DNA of 64,000 nucleotides from Candidatus Latescibacterota bacterium (GTDB lineage Bacteria; Latescibacterota; UBA2968). Numbering within the stretch: position 1 is the stretch's first letter; each line of letters opens with the position of its first letter. Under the pieces are notes generated by a model. It was not told the origin of the DNA and did no database searches. It saw only the letters and a list, made by a program, of their open reading frames with translations. The position numbers and the translations under genes are program-made. Below, one piece after another: positions 47,647 to 57,571 of the stretch. The stretch lies in assembly GCA_965222605.1 (NCBI GenBank), contig OZ244960.1, forward strand, positions 6,080,001 to 6,144,000, in the 5' to 3' direction.

Positions 47647-49827
47647 ATGGCAATGGATATAGCAGATCGAGAGCGACCTTATGTGGGGCGTGCCACGGTC
47701 GCTGTGGTTGGCAATCCCAATACGGGTAAGACAACACTTTTTAACGCTCTGACGGGGCTTTCGCAGCGCGTGGGAAATTTCCCCGGCGTTACGGTTGAGC
47801 GCAAGGTTGGACAATTGGCATTGCCCGACGTCGGTGCGATTGACCTGCTGGATTTGCCCGGTACATATAGCCTTTCAGCCAAGTCTCCGGACGAACTTAT
47901 TGCTGTTGAAGCACTGATGGGTTTGTTGAAAAGCGAGAGCACCATTCAAGCTGTGCTCGTAGTTCTCGACGCCAGCAATTTGAGGCGCAGTTTATACATT
48001 GTATCTCAACTTCTCGAACTTGATTTGCCCCTGATCGTGGCCCTCAATATGTTAGATGTGGCCAAGGCCAGGGGCATTGTTATTGATGCGCCTGCCCTGA
48101 GCGAGTGTTTGGGCGTTCCAGTTATTTCCATACAGGCGAATAAACGCGTAGGGCTTGACGAGTTGAAAGAAGCACTTTCTCGAGCGGTAGAAAAAGGCAC
48201 AGTACCATCGCGCAGGGCGGTATTGCCGCAATCCTGGTGGGCAAAAGCCGAGCAGTTGGCGCGAAAATACAAAGGTGTATCTACGGGGCTGGTGCTGCGT
48301 GTATTGATCGACAATCAAAATGCCTTTGCATCCCATGTTGTGGAACGCTTTGGCGATGACTTTGCCGCTGATCTTCACGCGTTGCGTGTACAGGTCAATG
48401 CGGATGACGCGCTGGCAAATCGAGAGATCGAATTGCGCTATAGATGGATCGATGAGATCCTTGAAGGCGTGTTGCGCGATCCCGAACCGCTTCGCGTGAC
48501 CCGTTCTGATCGTTTGGACCGGGTTTTGACTCATCCGCTGTGGGGTAGCCTGAGTTTTGCAGTGATTATGGCCTTTGTTTTTCAATCGATTTTTTCGTGG
48601 GCCGTACCCTTAATGGACAGTATTGACGCGCTATTTGGGGCGGTCGGAGCATGGGCTTCGGGCTATCTTCCCGAGGGTGCGCTACAAAGTATGGTGGTGG
48701 ATGGGGTGATTACCGGGGTGGGAGGCGTGGTCATTTTTTTACCCCAAATATGCATTCTGTTTCTCTTTATTGCGATACTTGAAGATTGTGGTTACATGGC
48801 TCGCGCGGCGCTGTTGATGGATCGCCTGTTAACGCCGTGTGGTTTGTCGGGCAAGTCTTTTATCCCCCTTCTGTCGAGTTTTGCCTGTGCGATTCCCGGC
48901 GTGATGGCTACGCGAACGATCAATGATCCCAAAGACCGTATTGCCACGATGCTTGTTGCGCCGCTGATGAGTTGTTCTGCGCGGTTACCGGTGTACGCGA
49001 TTTTTATTGGGGCTTTTATTCCCGATCAAGATGTTTGGGGTGGGATTGGGGTGCAGGGACTTACGCTTTTTGCGCTGTATTGTGTGGGGATTTTTGTGGC
49101 TATTCCCGTTGCGTGGATTTTGAAAAAGACACTGTTGAGGGGGCAACCCACGCCTTTTTTGCTCGAGTTACCGTCTTACAAAATTCCAGATATGGGCACT
49201 GTTGGGATGCGTATTTATCAAAGTGCGCGGCATTTTCTCGAAAGAGCGGGTACATTGATTCTCGCCGCGACGATTGTGATGTGGGCACTGGCGTATTTCC
49301 CGCGGTCTGAAACGATTGCCACACATTACGAGGCTGAGCGCGAGCGGTTAGCTGGGACGTCGGAGGAGATTTTGGATGATTTGCGTTCGAAAGAAGCTGG
49401 CGACATGCTCAAGCAGAGTTTTCTGGGACGGATGGGGCATGCTATTGAACCCGTCGTAGAGCCATTGGGGTGGGATTGGCGCATTGGGATGGCGGCGCTG
49501 GCATCTTTCCCCGCGCGGGAAGTGATTGTCGCCGTTTTGGGCACGATTTACAGTCTGGGAGAGGTGGATGAGGAGTCGACGTCGCTTAGAGGCGCGCTTC
49601 GGGCTGCGACATGGTCCGACGGACGGAAAGTGTTTAATATCTCGGTTGCGCTGTCTATTATGGTGTTTTTTGCACTGTGCGCGCAGTGCGTTTCTACACT
49701 TGCGGTTATTCAACGCGAAACAGGTGCCTGGCGATGGCCTATTCTGACTTTTGTTTATATGACGGTGCTCGCCTATATCGGCGCATTTGTGACTTATCGA
49801 CTCGGTATGGCACTTGGATGGGGGTAA
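47647..49827 (+). CDS. feoB: Ferrous iron transport protein B
   Basis: GNPNTGKTTLFN.LTG, VGNFPGVTVE, DLPGTYSL, NMLD, LEDCGYMARAA, MSCSARLPVY. Confidence 0.97.
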   Translation: MAMDIADRERPYVGRATVAVVGNPNTGKTTLFNALTGLSQRVGNFPGVTVERKVGQLALPDVGAIDLLDLPGTYSLSAKSPDELIAVEALMGLLKSESTIQAVLVVLDASNLRRSLYIVSQLLELDLPLIVALNMLDVAKARGIVIDAPALSECLGVPVISIQANKRVGLDELKEALSRAVEKGTVPSRRAVLPQSWWAKAEQLARKYKGVSTGLVLRVLIDNQNAFASHVVERFGDDFAADLHALRVQVNADDALANREIELRYRWIDEILEGVLRDPEPLRVTRSDRLDRVLTHPLWGSLSFAVIMAFVFQSIFSWAVPLMDSIDALFGAVGAWASGYLPEGALQSMVVDGVITGVGGVVIFLPQICILFLFIAILEDCGYMARAALLMDRLLTPCGLSGKSFIPLLSSFACAIPGVMATRTINDPKDRIATMLVAPLMSCSARLPVYAIFIGAFIPDQDVWGGIGVQGLTLFALYCVGIFVAIPVAWILKKTLLRGQPTPFLLELPSYKIPDMGTVGMRIYQSARHFLERAGTLILAATIVMWALAYFPRSETIATHYEAERERLAGTSEEILDDLRSKEAGDMLKQSFLGRMGHAIEPVVEPLGWDWRIGMAALASFPAREVIVAVLGTIYSLGEVDEESTSLRGALRAATWSDGRKVFNISVALSIMVFFALCAQCVSTLAVIQRETGAWRWPILTFVYMTVLAYIGAFVTYRLGMALGWG

Positions 49828-49831
49828 TGGT

Positions 49832-49993
49832 ATGACCGACTGGCAAAATTGGATTGTGATTGCTGTGGCACTCTGGTGTGCCTATCGCGTTATTGGCGAG
49901 GTTGTGAGGCCGTTTTTAGCTTCGTCCTGTACGGGTTGTGGTGGCGCATGTGAAGAAGAAGAGAAGCGCGAGGATTTGATTGAGATTGAATAA
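49832..49993 (+). CDS. FeoB-associated Cys-rich small membrane protein (53 aa; missing from the ORF track)
   Basis: MTDWQNWIVIAVALWCAYRV...SSCTGCGGACEEEE; starts 4 nt after the feoB stop. Confidence 0.78.
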   Translation: MTDWQNWIVIAVALWCAYRVIGEVVRPFLASSCTGCGGACEEEEKREDLIEIE

Positions 49994-50026
49994 GCTATGG
50001 AAGTAAGGTCTTTCTTCTGCCACTTT

Positions 50027-50064
50027 GTAAAAACCCCCCAATCTACTGGATAGGGGGGTTTTAC
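50027..50064 (+). terminator. Terminator of the feo operon
   Basis: GTAAAAACCCCCC.ATC...GATAGGGGGGTTTTAC hairpin. Confidence 0.7.
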
Positions 50065-50069
50065 TTTGC

Positions 50070-50113
50070 TTGACCAGATCTTCTGATTTTCATATATTTA
50101 GTTATAACTAAAT
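50070..50113 (+). promoter_or_regulatory. Promoter and DtxR/TroR-type operator of the tro operon
   Basis: TTGACC-17nt-TATATT overlapping the perfect 18-bp palindrome ATTTAGTTATAACTAAAT (50096..50113). Confidence 0.78.
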
Positions 50114-50182
50114 TTAATTTTAGCAATATTATATTACGTATTGTAGGCATGGATAATTACAGAACTTTTGTGGAGGATGTTA

Positions 50183-51097
50183 ATGTACCGTTTTTTTATG
50201 ATTGCTGGTGTGGTGTTATTGTGTGCGTGTGGTGGAGGCGAAACGCCGCCGGTTGCACAAAACGAGAAGTTGGTGGTGTGTACGACGGGGATGATTGGCG
50301 ATTTGGTGCGCCGTGTTGCTGGGGATCGCGCAGGGGTGATTTCCCTGATGGGACCTGGGATTGATCCGCATTATTACAAGGCGACGCAGGGCGATTTGCA
50401 GAAACTGTCTCGAGCGGATGTGATATTTTACAATGGTCTCTTTCTGGAAGGCAAGCTGGAGGGGATTTTTAAAAAGATGGCGCGCATCAAGACGGTAATT
50501 GCCGTATCGCGGAATATTCCCAAGGATAGGCTGCGGGAACCGGCTGCGGGGCAAGGGGAGCACGATCCGCATATCTGGTTTGATGTCGGCCTGTGGGCAG
50601 AAACCCTGCCCGTGGTTGTCCAGACCCTGAGTGGCATTGACGCCGAAGGTGCCGATGTATTTCGCGCCAATGCCGAGGCGTATCGCAAGCAATTGCTCGA
50701 TCTTGACGCCTGGGCAAAAGCGCAGATTGAACTCGTTCCCAGCGACCAGCGTGTGCTGATTACAGCACACGATGCCTTTGGATATTTTGGTCTTGCTTAC
50801 GGTATTGAAGTGCGAGGGCTTCAGGGGATTTCGACTGTGGCCGAATACGGGGTCAACGATGTGTCGCTGTTGGTAGATTTTATTGTTAAACGGCAGGTGA
50901 AAGCCATTTTTGTGGAAAGCAGTGTGCCCGAGCGCTCAATCAATGCCGTGCGCGAGGGGTGCAAAGCGCGAGGATGGGATGTCGCAATCGGTGGCACGCT
51001 GTATTCCGATGCGATGGGACCTGCGGGCAGTGGGGCCGATACGTACATCGGTATGGTGCGGTCAAATGTGAACACAATTGTCGAGGCGTTAAAATAA
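50183..51097 (+). CDS. troA: Mn/Zn/Fe ABC transporter substrate-binding lipoprotein (TroA-like)
   Basis: Lipobox; GPGIDPHYY, YNGL.LEG, DPHIWFD, TAHDAFGYF, LYSDA. Confidence 0.9.
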   Translation: MYRFFMIAGVVLLCACGGGETPPVAQNEKLVVCTTGMIGDLVRRVAGDRAGVISLMGPGIDPHYYKATQGDLQKLSRADVIFYNGLFLEGKLEGIFKKMARIKTVIAVSRNIPKDRLREPAAGQGEHDPHIWFDVGLWAETLPVVVQTLSGIDAEGADVFRANAEAYRKQLLDLDAWAKAQIELVPSDQRVLITAHDAFGYFGLAYGIEVRGLQGISTVAEYGVNDVSLLVDFIVKRQVKAIFVESSVPERSINAVREGCKARGWDVAIGGTLYSDAMGPAGSGADTYIGMVRSNVNTIVEALK

Positions 51098-51882
51098 TGT
51101 TACACGCAGTTGATGAATCGGTGACGCCCATTCATATTCACGATATGACGGTGGCGTATCACAAAAAACCCGTTTTGTGGGATGTCGATCTCGCCGTGCC
51201 AGAAGGTAAGCTCGTGGGGGTTGTGGGGCCCAATGGCGCGGGCAAAAGCACGATGATCAAAGCCATTATGGATCTCGTGCCCAAGGCTTCGGGATGGGTT
51301 CATATCTACGGCAAGCCCTATTCGCGCATGCGCCGGGCCATCGGCTATGTGCCGCAACGCGAGTCGGTGGATTGGGATTTTCCCATCAATGCCTTAGATG
51401 TGGTGCTTATGGGGCGCTATGGGCATGTCGGGTGGGTGAGGCGCCCGGATAAAATTGACAGGGAACTTGCTGAGGAAGCACTTGAAAAGGTTGGTATGAC
51501 TGATTTTGGACATCGGCAGATCAATCAGCTTTCGGGAGGCCAGCAACAGCGGGTTTTCCTTGCTCGCGCCCTGGCGCAAGATGCACAAATTTATTTGATG
51601 GACGAACCCTTTGCCGGCGTGGATGCGGCGACCGAACGCGCCATTATCGACATTTTGATGGATCTGAGGACGCGAAAAAAGACCATGCTGGTTGTGCATC
51701 ACGATTTGCACACGGTGAACCAGTATTTTGACTGGCTTGTTTTGATCAATATGCGGATCGTTGCCGCGGGAGAAACAAAAGATGTATTCACAGAAGATAA
51801 TTTGAACAAAACTTATGGCGGGCGGTTGACGGTGCTTTCGGAAGCTGCGCAGGCTGTTGCCCATCATCAGCGGGGGTTATGA
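51097..51882 (+). CDS. troB: Metal ABC transporter ATPase (TroB-like)
   Basis: GPNGAGKST, YVPQR, LSGGQQQR, MDEPFAGVD, VHHDL. Confidence 0.92.
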   Translation: MLHAVDESVTPIHIHDMTVAYHKKPVLWDVDLAVPEGKLVGVVGPNGAGKSTMIKAIMDLVPKASGWVHIYGKPYSRMRRAIGYVPQRESVDWDFPINALDVVLMGRYGHVGWVRRPDKIDRELAEEALEKVGMTDFGHRQINQLSGGQQQRVFLARALAQDAQIYLMDEPFAGVDAATERAIIDILMDLRTRKKTMLVVHHDLHTVNQYFDWLVLINMRIVAAGETKDVFTEDNLNKTYGGRLTVLSEAAQAVAHHQRGL

Positions 51883-51883
51883 G

Positions 51884-53170
51884 GTGATTTGGGACGCGAC
51901 ATTTCAGTTGGTTTTGCTCGGTTCGCTGTTGATCGGAGCGACATCGGGCACGCTGGGCGCATTTGCCGTGTTGCGCCGGCGCAGCCTTTTGGGCGATGCT
52001 TTGGCGCATGCAGCACTTCCGGGTGTCGCACTGGCATTTCTATGGACGCAGAGCAAGGCATTACCCATTCTGCTTTTGGGCGCGACTATTTCCAGCGTGG
52101 TGGGGGTGCTTATAATTGAGGCCATTGTCAATTACACGCGCATCAAAGCAGATGCTGCGCTGGGTATTGTGCTTTCGGTATTTTTTGGTGGGGGAATTGT
52201 GTTGCTCACGCATATTCAGCAGAGCGAGGTGGGCAATCAAAGTGGTCTGGATAAGTTTCTTTTTGGTCAGGCAGCTTCTATCGTGCGCGCTGATCTATAT
52301 GTGATGTGCATTGTGTCTGCGCTGGTTATAGTTGCGGTTTTTCTTTTTTTTAAGGAATTTAAAGGGCTAATTTTTGATGCGGAATTTCTCTCTGCGCTGG
52401 GATTTTCCCAGCGTGTGGTCGATCTTTTGTTGATGGGATTGATCGTGCTTACCGTTATGGTGGGGCTTCAGGCCGTGGGGGTTATTCTCATTGCTGCGAT
52501 GTTGATTACCCCGGCTGCTGCTGCGCGGTTTTGGACAGATCGGCTGCATGTCATGGTGCTGGCGTCGGGCATTTTAGGCGCGTTGTGCGGTGCGCTGGGA
52601 GTTGGTCTGAGCGCGCTAGCACCCCGAATTCCGACGGGGCCGGTGATGGTGCTGGTTGCAACGGCTGCATTTCTCGTTTCTGTGCTGATTGCCCCCAGGC
52701 GTGGAGTGCTCGCCAGGTGGGCACGGCTCAGGGCAAATGCGTTGCGAGAGAACGGTCAGCATTTTTTGCGGGCCTATCTCGCGTTGCAGGCGCGGGGCAA
52801 GCGGGAGATCGTGTTGTTGGACCTCGCCAGCGAGCTTCAGTTGCCGCTTTACCACGTGCGTCGGCTTGCAAAGCGTCTCGCGCGTGATGGGTGGGTGGGC
52901 TTGCAAAATGGGGCGTGTTATTTGACAAAACTGGGACAAAAAGAGGCGGATTTTGTGGTCAAATCCCATCAGCTATGGGAATATTATCTGGTTTATCGGT
53001 CTATCTTAGAGGAAGATCACGTGGATAGACCCGCCGACGAGGTCGAGCATATTTTAACGCCTGAGATTATTGAACAACTCGAATCGATTTTGGCGCAAGA
53101 AGGTATAGCTGTTGTTGGGGATATCCACAAAACGCACAGTGGCTATCGGAGGACCGGCGAAGATGAATGA
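51884..53170 (+). CDS. troC: Metal ABC permease with C-terminal DtxR-like domain (TroC-like)
   Basis: SLLGDALAHAALPG, FLFGQ; C-terminal HTH-like segment and HQLWE.YL..VD..ADEVEH. Confidence 0.88.
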   Translation: MIWDATFQLVLLGSLLIGATSGTLGAFAVLRRRSLLGDALAHAALPGVALAFLWTQSKALPILLLGATISSVVGVLIIEAIVNYTRIKADAALGIVLSVFFGGGIVLLTHIQQSEVGNQSGLDKFLFGQAASIVRADLYVMCIVSALVIVAVFLFFKEFKGLIFDAEFLSALGFSQRVVDLLLMGLIVLTVMVGLQAVGVILIAAMLITPAAAARFWTDRLHVMVLASGILGALCGALGVGLSALAPRIPTGPVMVLVATAAFLVSVLIAPRRGVLARWARLRANALRENGQHFLRAYLALQARGKREIVLLDLASELQLPLYHVRRLAKRLARDGWVGLQNGACYLTKLGQKEADFVVKSHQLWEYYLVYRSILEEDHVDRPADEVEHILTPEIIEQLESILAQEGIAVVGDIHKTHSGYRRTGEDE

Positions 53171-54437
53171 GTTTTGGGGACCATTTTGGATTGTGTTTAC
53201 AGGTGCGCTGGCCGGGGCATCGTGCGGTTTGTTGGGTGCGTATCTCGTGTTGCGCAAGATGTCGCTTTTGGGCGATGCACTAAGCCATGCTGTTTTGCCG
53301 GGCATTGTTATTGCGTTTTTGCTTTCGGGCAGTCGCGATGTGATTCCGATGTTTATTGGTGCTGCTGTATGTGGAGTGATTGCCACGGTGTTGATTGAGA
53401 CATTTCACCGCAGGTGGCGCGTGCAAGAAGATACGTCAATTGGCATTGTTTTCACGATGCTTTTCGCGCTGGGGGTTGTTTTGATCACGGCATTTGCCGG
53501 GCAGGTCGATCTCGATCAAGAATGCGTTCTTTACGGGGAGATCGCGTACACGCCCTGGGATCGTCTGTTCTGGGGAGAATGGGATTTGGGACCGCGCCCT
53601 GTATGGATTCTCGGAACGGTGTTTGCGCTTAATCTCGCGCTTGTTCTGGTGTTTTACAAAGAGCTTTTGATCGCGTCTTTTGATGCCGAGATGGCGCTCT
53701 CTGTGGGTGTGAGTGCTGCGCTGGTGCATTATGCGCTGATGGGAGCCGTTTCTGTGACAACGGTGGCCGCATTTGAGTCCGTGGGGGCTATTCTCGTCGT
53801 GGCGATGCTGATTGTTCCCGGTGCTTCGGCCTATTTGTGGAGCGATCGGTTAAAAGTCATTTTGACGCTGTCTGCGCTGATCGGCGTTATTTCTGCAATT
53901 GCCGGGTATTTTCTGGCAGGAGTTTGGAATAGTTCTATTGCCGGGGCGATGGTCGTCGCTATGGGTGTGCTATTCGCGCTTTCCCTGATTTTTGCGCCCC
54001 AATATGGTTTGCTGGGGCGATTCGTGCGGCAAGTACGGCTCTCTTTGAGGGTTGCTCGAGACCACGTTTTGTTAAAGTTGCTTCGCGATAGGGAATCGCG
54101 TCGCGTCTCTGCGCTCAGTTGGGGCGATCTGGTCGATACGGCTGCACGCCGGGTGTCTGGTATTGCGATTCGGTCGTTGATGTGGCAAGGGCTGATCACG
54201 CGGGAGAATGGACATTTTTCACTGGGAGAACAGGGGGTTGTGTATGCGACCAGATTGCTCCGCAACCACCGGCTTTGGGAGTCCTACCTGAATCAATTGG
54301 GGCTTCCGCCAGATCATGTACACGACCCTGCCGATGCGCTGGAACACTTTACGGATGACCATCTGAGGGAAGAAATTCGAGCGGCATTGCCCAATATCGC
54401 AACCGATCCGCAGGGTAAGCGCATTCCCGAAGGGTAG
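53163..54437 (+). CDS. troD: Metal ABC permease with C-terminal DtxR-like domain (TroD-like)
   Basis: GDALSHAVLPG, VDLD.ECVLYGE; C-terminal HRLWESYL..VHD.ADALEH, DPQG..IP. Confidence 0.88.
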   Translation: MNEFWGPFWIVFTGALAGASCGLLGAYLVLRKMSLLGDALSHAVLPGIVIAFLLSGSRDVIPMFIGAAVCGVIATVLIETFHRRWRVQEDTSIGIVFTMLFALGVVLITAFAGQVDLDQECVLYGEIAYTPWDRLFWGEWDLGPRPVWILGTVFALNLALVLVFYKELLIASFDAEMALSVGVSAALVHYALMGAVSVTTVAAFESVGAILVVAMLIVPGASAYLWSDRLKVILTLSALIGVISAIAGYFLAGVWNSSIAGAMVVAMGVLFALSLIFAPQYGLLGRFVRQVRLSLRVARDHVLLKLLRDRESRRVSALSWGDLVDTAARRVSGIAIRSLMWQGLITRENGHFSLGEQGVVYATRLLRNHRLWESYLNQLGLPPDHVHDPADALEHFTDDHLREEIRAALPNIATDPQGKRIPEG

Positions 54438-54498
54438 GATATACTTGCTTGTATATGAGGTTTATCTTACTTTGTTTGATAGTTATTGGGGTAAAAAT

Positions 54499-55176
54499 AT
54501 GATTAGTCAATCGTCACAGGATTATTTGAAAACGATCTACAAGCTGACACACGGGCAAAATCCCGTTGCATCTGTGACGACTTCGCTTATTGCAGAGCAC
54601 AGGGCGGTTGCACCTGCTTCGGTCACCAATATGCTGAAGAAACTCGCCGCGATGAAGCTGGTGGAACACACGCCTTATCAGGGTGTTGTGCTCACATCGA
54701 CGGGAGAACGCATTGCCCTCGAGGTCATTCGCCACCACCGTTTGCTGGAGCTATATTTGTCAGAGGTGCTGGGATTTGATCTGGATAAGGTCGATGAAGA
54801 GGCGGATCGGTTGGAGCATGTTATCTCTGAGGAGTTTGAAGATAAAATTGACCGAATGCTGGGGTATCCGACAGTCGATCCTCACGGCGCTCCGATTCCA
54901 CGCAAAGATGGTTCAATAGAATACGACCATTATGTGTGTTTGGCAGATATTCCAGCAGGTGCAAATGTATGCGTCAGGCAGGTAAGTGATCAAAGCGCGG
55001 AGATGTTGCGCTATATGGCGACGATGGGTATTAAACCCAATGTCGAGATCGAGGTAGTGAGTCGCGCGCCTTTTAACGGCCCGCTGGAAATTGTAGTCAA
55101 TGGCAAGGCCACATATTCACTCGGGCTTGAAGTAGCCGCACATATTTATGTTTCATCATTGGGGGAAGAGGGCTGA
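54499..55176 (+). CDS. DtxR/TroR/MntR regulator with C-terminal FeoA domain
   Basis: QDYLKTIY, SVTNMLKKL, RHHRLLE.YL, EA.RLEH, DPHG.PIP. Confidence 0.93.
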   Translation: MISQSSQDYLKTIYKLTHGQNPVASVTTSLIAEHRAVAPASVTNMLKKLAAMKLVEHTPYQGVVLTSTGERIALEVIRHHRLLELYLSEVLGFDLDKVDEEADRLEHVISEEFEDKIDRMLGYPTVDPHGAPIPRKDGSIEYDHYVCLADIPAGANVCVRQVSDQSAEMLRYMATMGIKPNVEIEVVSRAPFNGPLEIVVNGKATYSLGLEVAAHIYVSSLGEEG

Positions 55177-55177
55177 G

Positions 55178-56794
55178 ATGGGGAGGTTTGCTGTTTTGTT
55201 GGCAATTGTTTTGTTGGTGGGCGGATCTGTGCATGCACAAGTTCCGCCCATTTTTGCGCCCGGAACTGAACTTCACGATATTTACTGCCGCGCATGTGCC
55301 CATTTTTTTCCCGAGGTTCTGCCTGTTGACAGCGAGTTTCGGCTGGATAGAGCTATTTGTGGGACATCGGCGATAAGGGGATTGACCGCGAATTGGGATC
55401 GTTTGCCTCCCGCGGCAAAAGAGGCGTTTGCGTTTCTCCAGCAGCGTCCCATCCTGAGTCATTCGATTCTGTCTTCGGGTGGTCGTTTCAAAATTCACTA
55501 CAATACCACGGGGACTCACGCCGTTGCTCCAACCGATACAGATGCCAATGGCGTGCCCGATTATGTCGATGAATCCGCGCGCGTTTTTGAGGCGATTTGG
55601 GATCTGGAGATCAATCAGTTGGGCTACCATCCCCCTCTGTCCGATGGCGATGGTGTTTACGATATTTATATTAAAAATCTCGCCCTTCAGTCAGCTTATG
55701 GCTTTACATATCCGATTGTATATACGGAACTGACGACGCCGAGTTATATGGAGATTGACAATAATTTTACGGATAATATTTACCCTCTAAATTCACGCGG
55801 ATTCAATGGATTGCGCGTGACGGCTGCACACGAATTTTTTCACGCGATTCAATTTGGGTATTATGCCGACTTTGGCGCTGCGTGGTGGCAAGAACTCACG
55901 GCGACCTGGATGGAGGATGTGGCCTATCCCAGTGTGAATGATTTTTATCAGTACATGAGTTGCCCGCGCAATTTTTCGTGTATTTACGACGATCCCGAGG
56001 CGTCATTGGACAAATTTTCTGGTAGTCTTCATCCTTTTGGCGCTGCGGTTTTTGCCCATCACGTCGAGCAGGTTTACGGTGCGGATGTGATCAAAAGCGT
56101 TTGGGAGTTGCTCAAAAGACGCGATCCGAGCAGATATAGTTTGTCGCTTATTGATGATGGGATGCCCTTGGGCGGATTTGCCCAGGTGATGCCGCGGTTT
56201 GCCGCGTGGAATTATTTAACTGATGTGCGTGCCCGCCCCGGATATTATGTTGAAGCGCGCGATTTGCCCTCTATAAAGCATGCCGATATTGGCCTCGGTA
56301 CAGGTGGCTTTTTTGAAGGGTCTGAAACGGTTGATCATTTGGGGACTACATATTTGCGCGTATCTACTTCGAATATTGCTGGCGGGCTTCGGGGAACATT
56401 TGCACTGGACAATCAGGGGCGGTGGACTTTGCTGGTTATGCTGATCTCTCCGTCTGGCGTCGAGCTATTGTATCCACGCGGGACAACGGTGGTGATTCCA
56501 AGAGCCAATCGTTTTGACGAGGTTGTATTTATTGTGATGGAAACATCGCTTTCGGGTGAAAGGCGGCGCGTGAATTACACGCTGTCAACTGGCGGAAGTA
56601 CGGCGACGGATATCGTGGGCGATGTCGATGGCGATGGGCGCGTTGCATTTTCCGATTTTCTGAAATTTGCGGATGGTTTTAAACTCTTGCATACGGATAA
56701 TAAGTACAATCCAAAATTGGATTTCAATGGGGATGGACCTGTTGATTTTCGTGATTTTCTCATTTTTGTTTCCCATTTTGGTGAATCGCGTTAG
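55178..56794 (+). CDS. Secreted zinc metalloprotease (HExxH) with C-terminal EF-hand/dockerin-like tag
   Basis: Signal peptide; CGT; F.IHY; TAAHEFFHAIQFGY..W.E.TATWME; DVDGDGRVAFSDF / DFNGDGPVDFRDF. Confidence 0.87.
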   Translation: MGRFAVLLAIVLLVGGSVHAQVPPIFAPGTELHDIYCRACAHFFPEVLPVDSEFRLDRAICGTSAIRGLTANWDRLPPAAKEAFAFLQQRPILSHSILSSGGRFKIHYNTTGTHAVAPTDTDANGVPDYVDESARVFEAIWDLEINQLGYHPPLSDGDGVYDIYIKNLALQSAYGFTYPIVYTELTTPSYMEIDNNFTDNIYPLNSRGFNGLRVTAAHEFFHAIQFGYYADFGAAWWQELTATWMEDVAYPSVNDFYQYMSCPRNFSCIYDDPEASLDKFSGSLHPFGAAVFAHHVEQVYGADVIKSVWELLKRRDPSRYSLSLIDDGMPLGGFAQVMPRFAAWNYLTDVRARPGYYVEARDLPSIKHADIGLGTGGFFEGSETVDHLGTTYLRVSTSNIAGGLRGTFALDNQGRWTLLVMLISPSGVELLYPRGTTVVIPRANRFDEVVFIVMETSLSGERRRVNYTLSTGGSTATDIVGDVDGDGRVAFSDFLKFADGFKLLHTDNKYNPKLDFNGDGPVDFRDFLIFVSHFGESR

Positions 56795-56806
56795 GGGAGT
56801 ATCACT

Positions 56807-57571
56807 GTGATTGTATTGCGAACAGATCGAGAGCTGGATTTGATGGTTGAGGCAAACCGCATTGTGGGGCTGGTACATCGCACACTCAAACTACTTGTCA
56901 AGGTGGGAACGACGACCAGAGAACTGGATGCCGTGGCTGAAGATGTGATTCGCTCGAGCGGCGCAGAACCCGCATTTAAGGGCTATAAGGGATATCCTGC
57001 AGCGAGTTGTATTTCTATTAATGAACAGGTCGTACACGGGATTCCCGGATCGCGGAAGCTGGTGGATGGCGATATTGTCAGCATTGATATCGGCGTGAAA
57101 TTGCGAGGCTACTACGGCGACCAGGCGATTACGCGCGTTGTTGGCAATATTTCGGAGCGAGAGAAAGAATTGCTCAAAGTGACGCGAGAAGCTCTGTTTA
57201 AGGGGATTGAGCAAGCTGTTGCCGGAAGACGCCTGAGCGATATTTGCGGTGCGGTACAAAACTGGGTTGAGCAATTTGGATTTTCTGTTGTACGGCAATT
57301 TGTAGGACATGGTATTGGGCGCAGGTTACACGAAGAACCCGCCGTGCCCAATTATGTGCCCCCAGAGCGCAATCCGCGTTTGCGAAAGGGGATGGTGCTC
57401 GCCATTGAGCCTATGGTCAATTTGGGAACGCACGAAGTTGTGGTAGCGGATGACGGGTGGACGGCATCGGCAGCCGATGGGTTGCCTTCGGCGCATTTTG
57501 AACATGTGGTAGCAATTACGCGTGGAGAACCCAGGATTTTGACGATGTTCGAGGAAGAGATCGATGCGTAA
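56807..57571 (+). CDS. map: Methionine aminopeptidase type I
   Basis: CISINEQVVHGIP, DIVSIDIG, GHGIG..LHEEP, AIEPMVN, SAHFEH. Confidence 0.97.
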   Translation: MIVLRTDRELDLMVEANRIVGLVHRTLKLLVKVGTTTRELDAVAEDVIRSSGAEPAFKGYKGYPAASCISINEQVVHGIPGSRKLVDGDIVSIDIGVKLRGYYGDQAITRVVGNISEREKELLKVTREALFKGIEQAVAGRRLSDICGAVQNWVEQFGFSVVRQFVGHGIGRRLHEEPAVPNYVPPERNPRLRKGMVLAIEPMVNLGTHEVVVADDGWTASAADGLPSAHFEHVVAITRGEPRILTMFEEEIDA

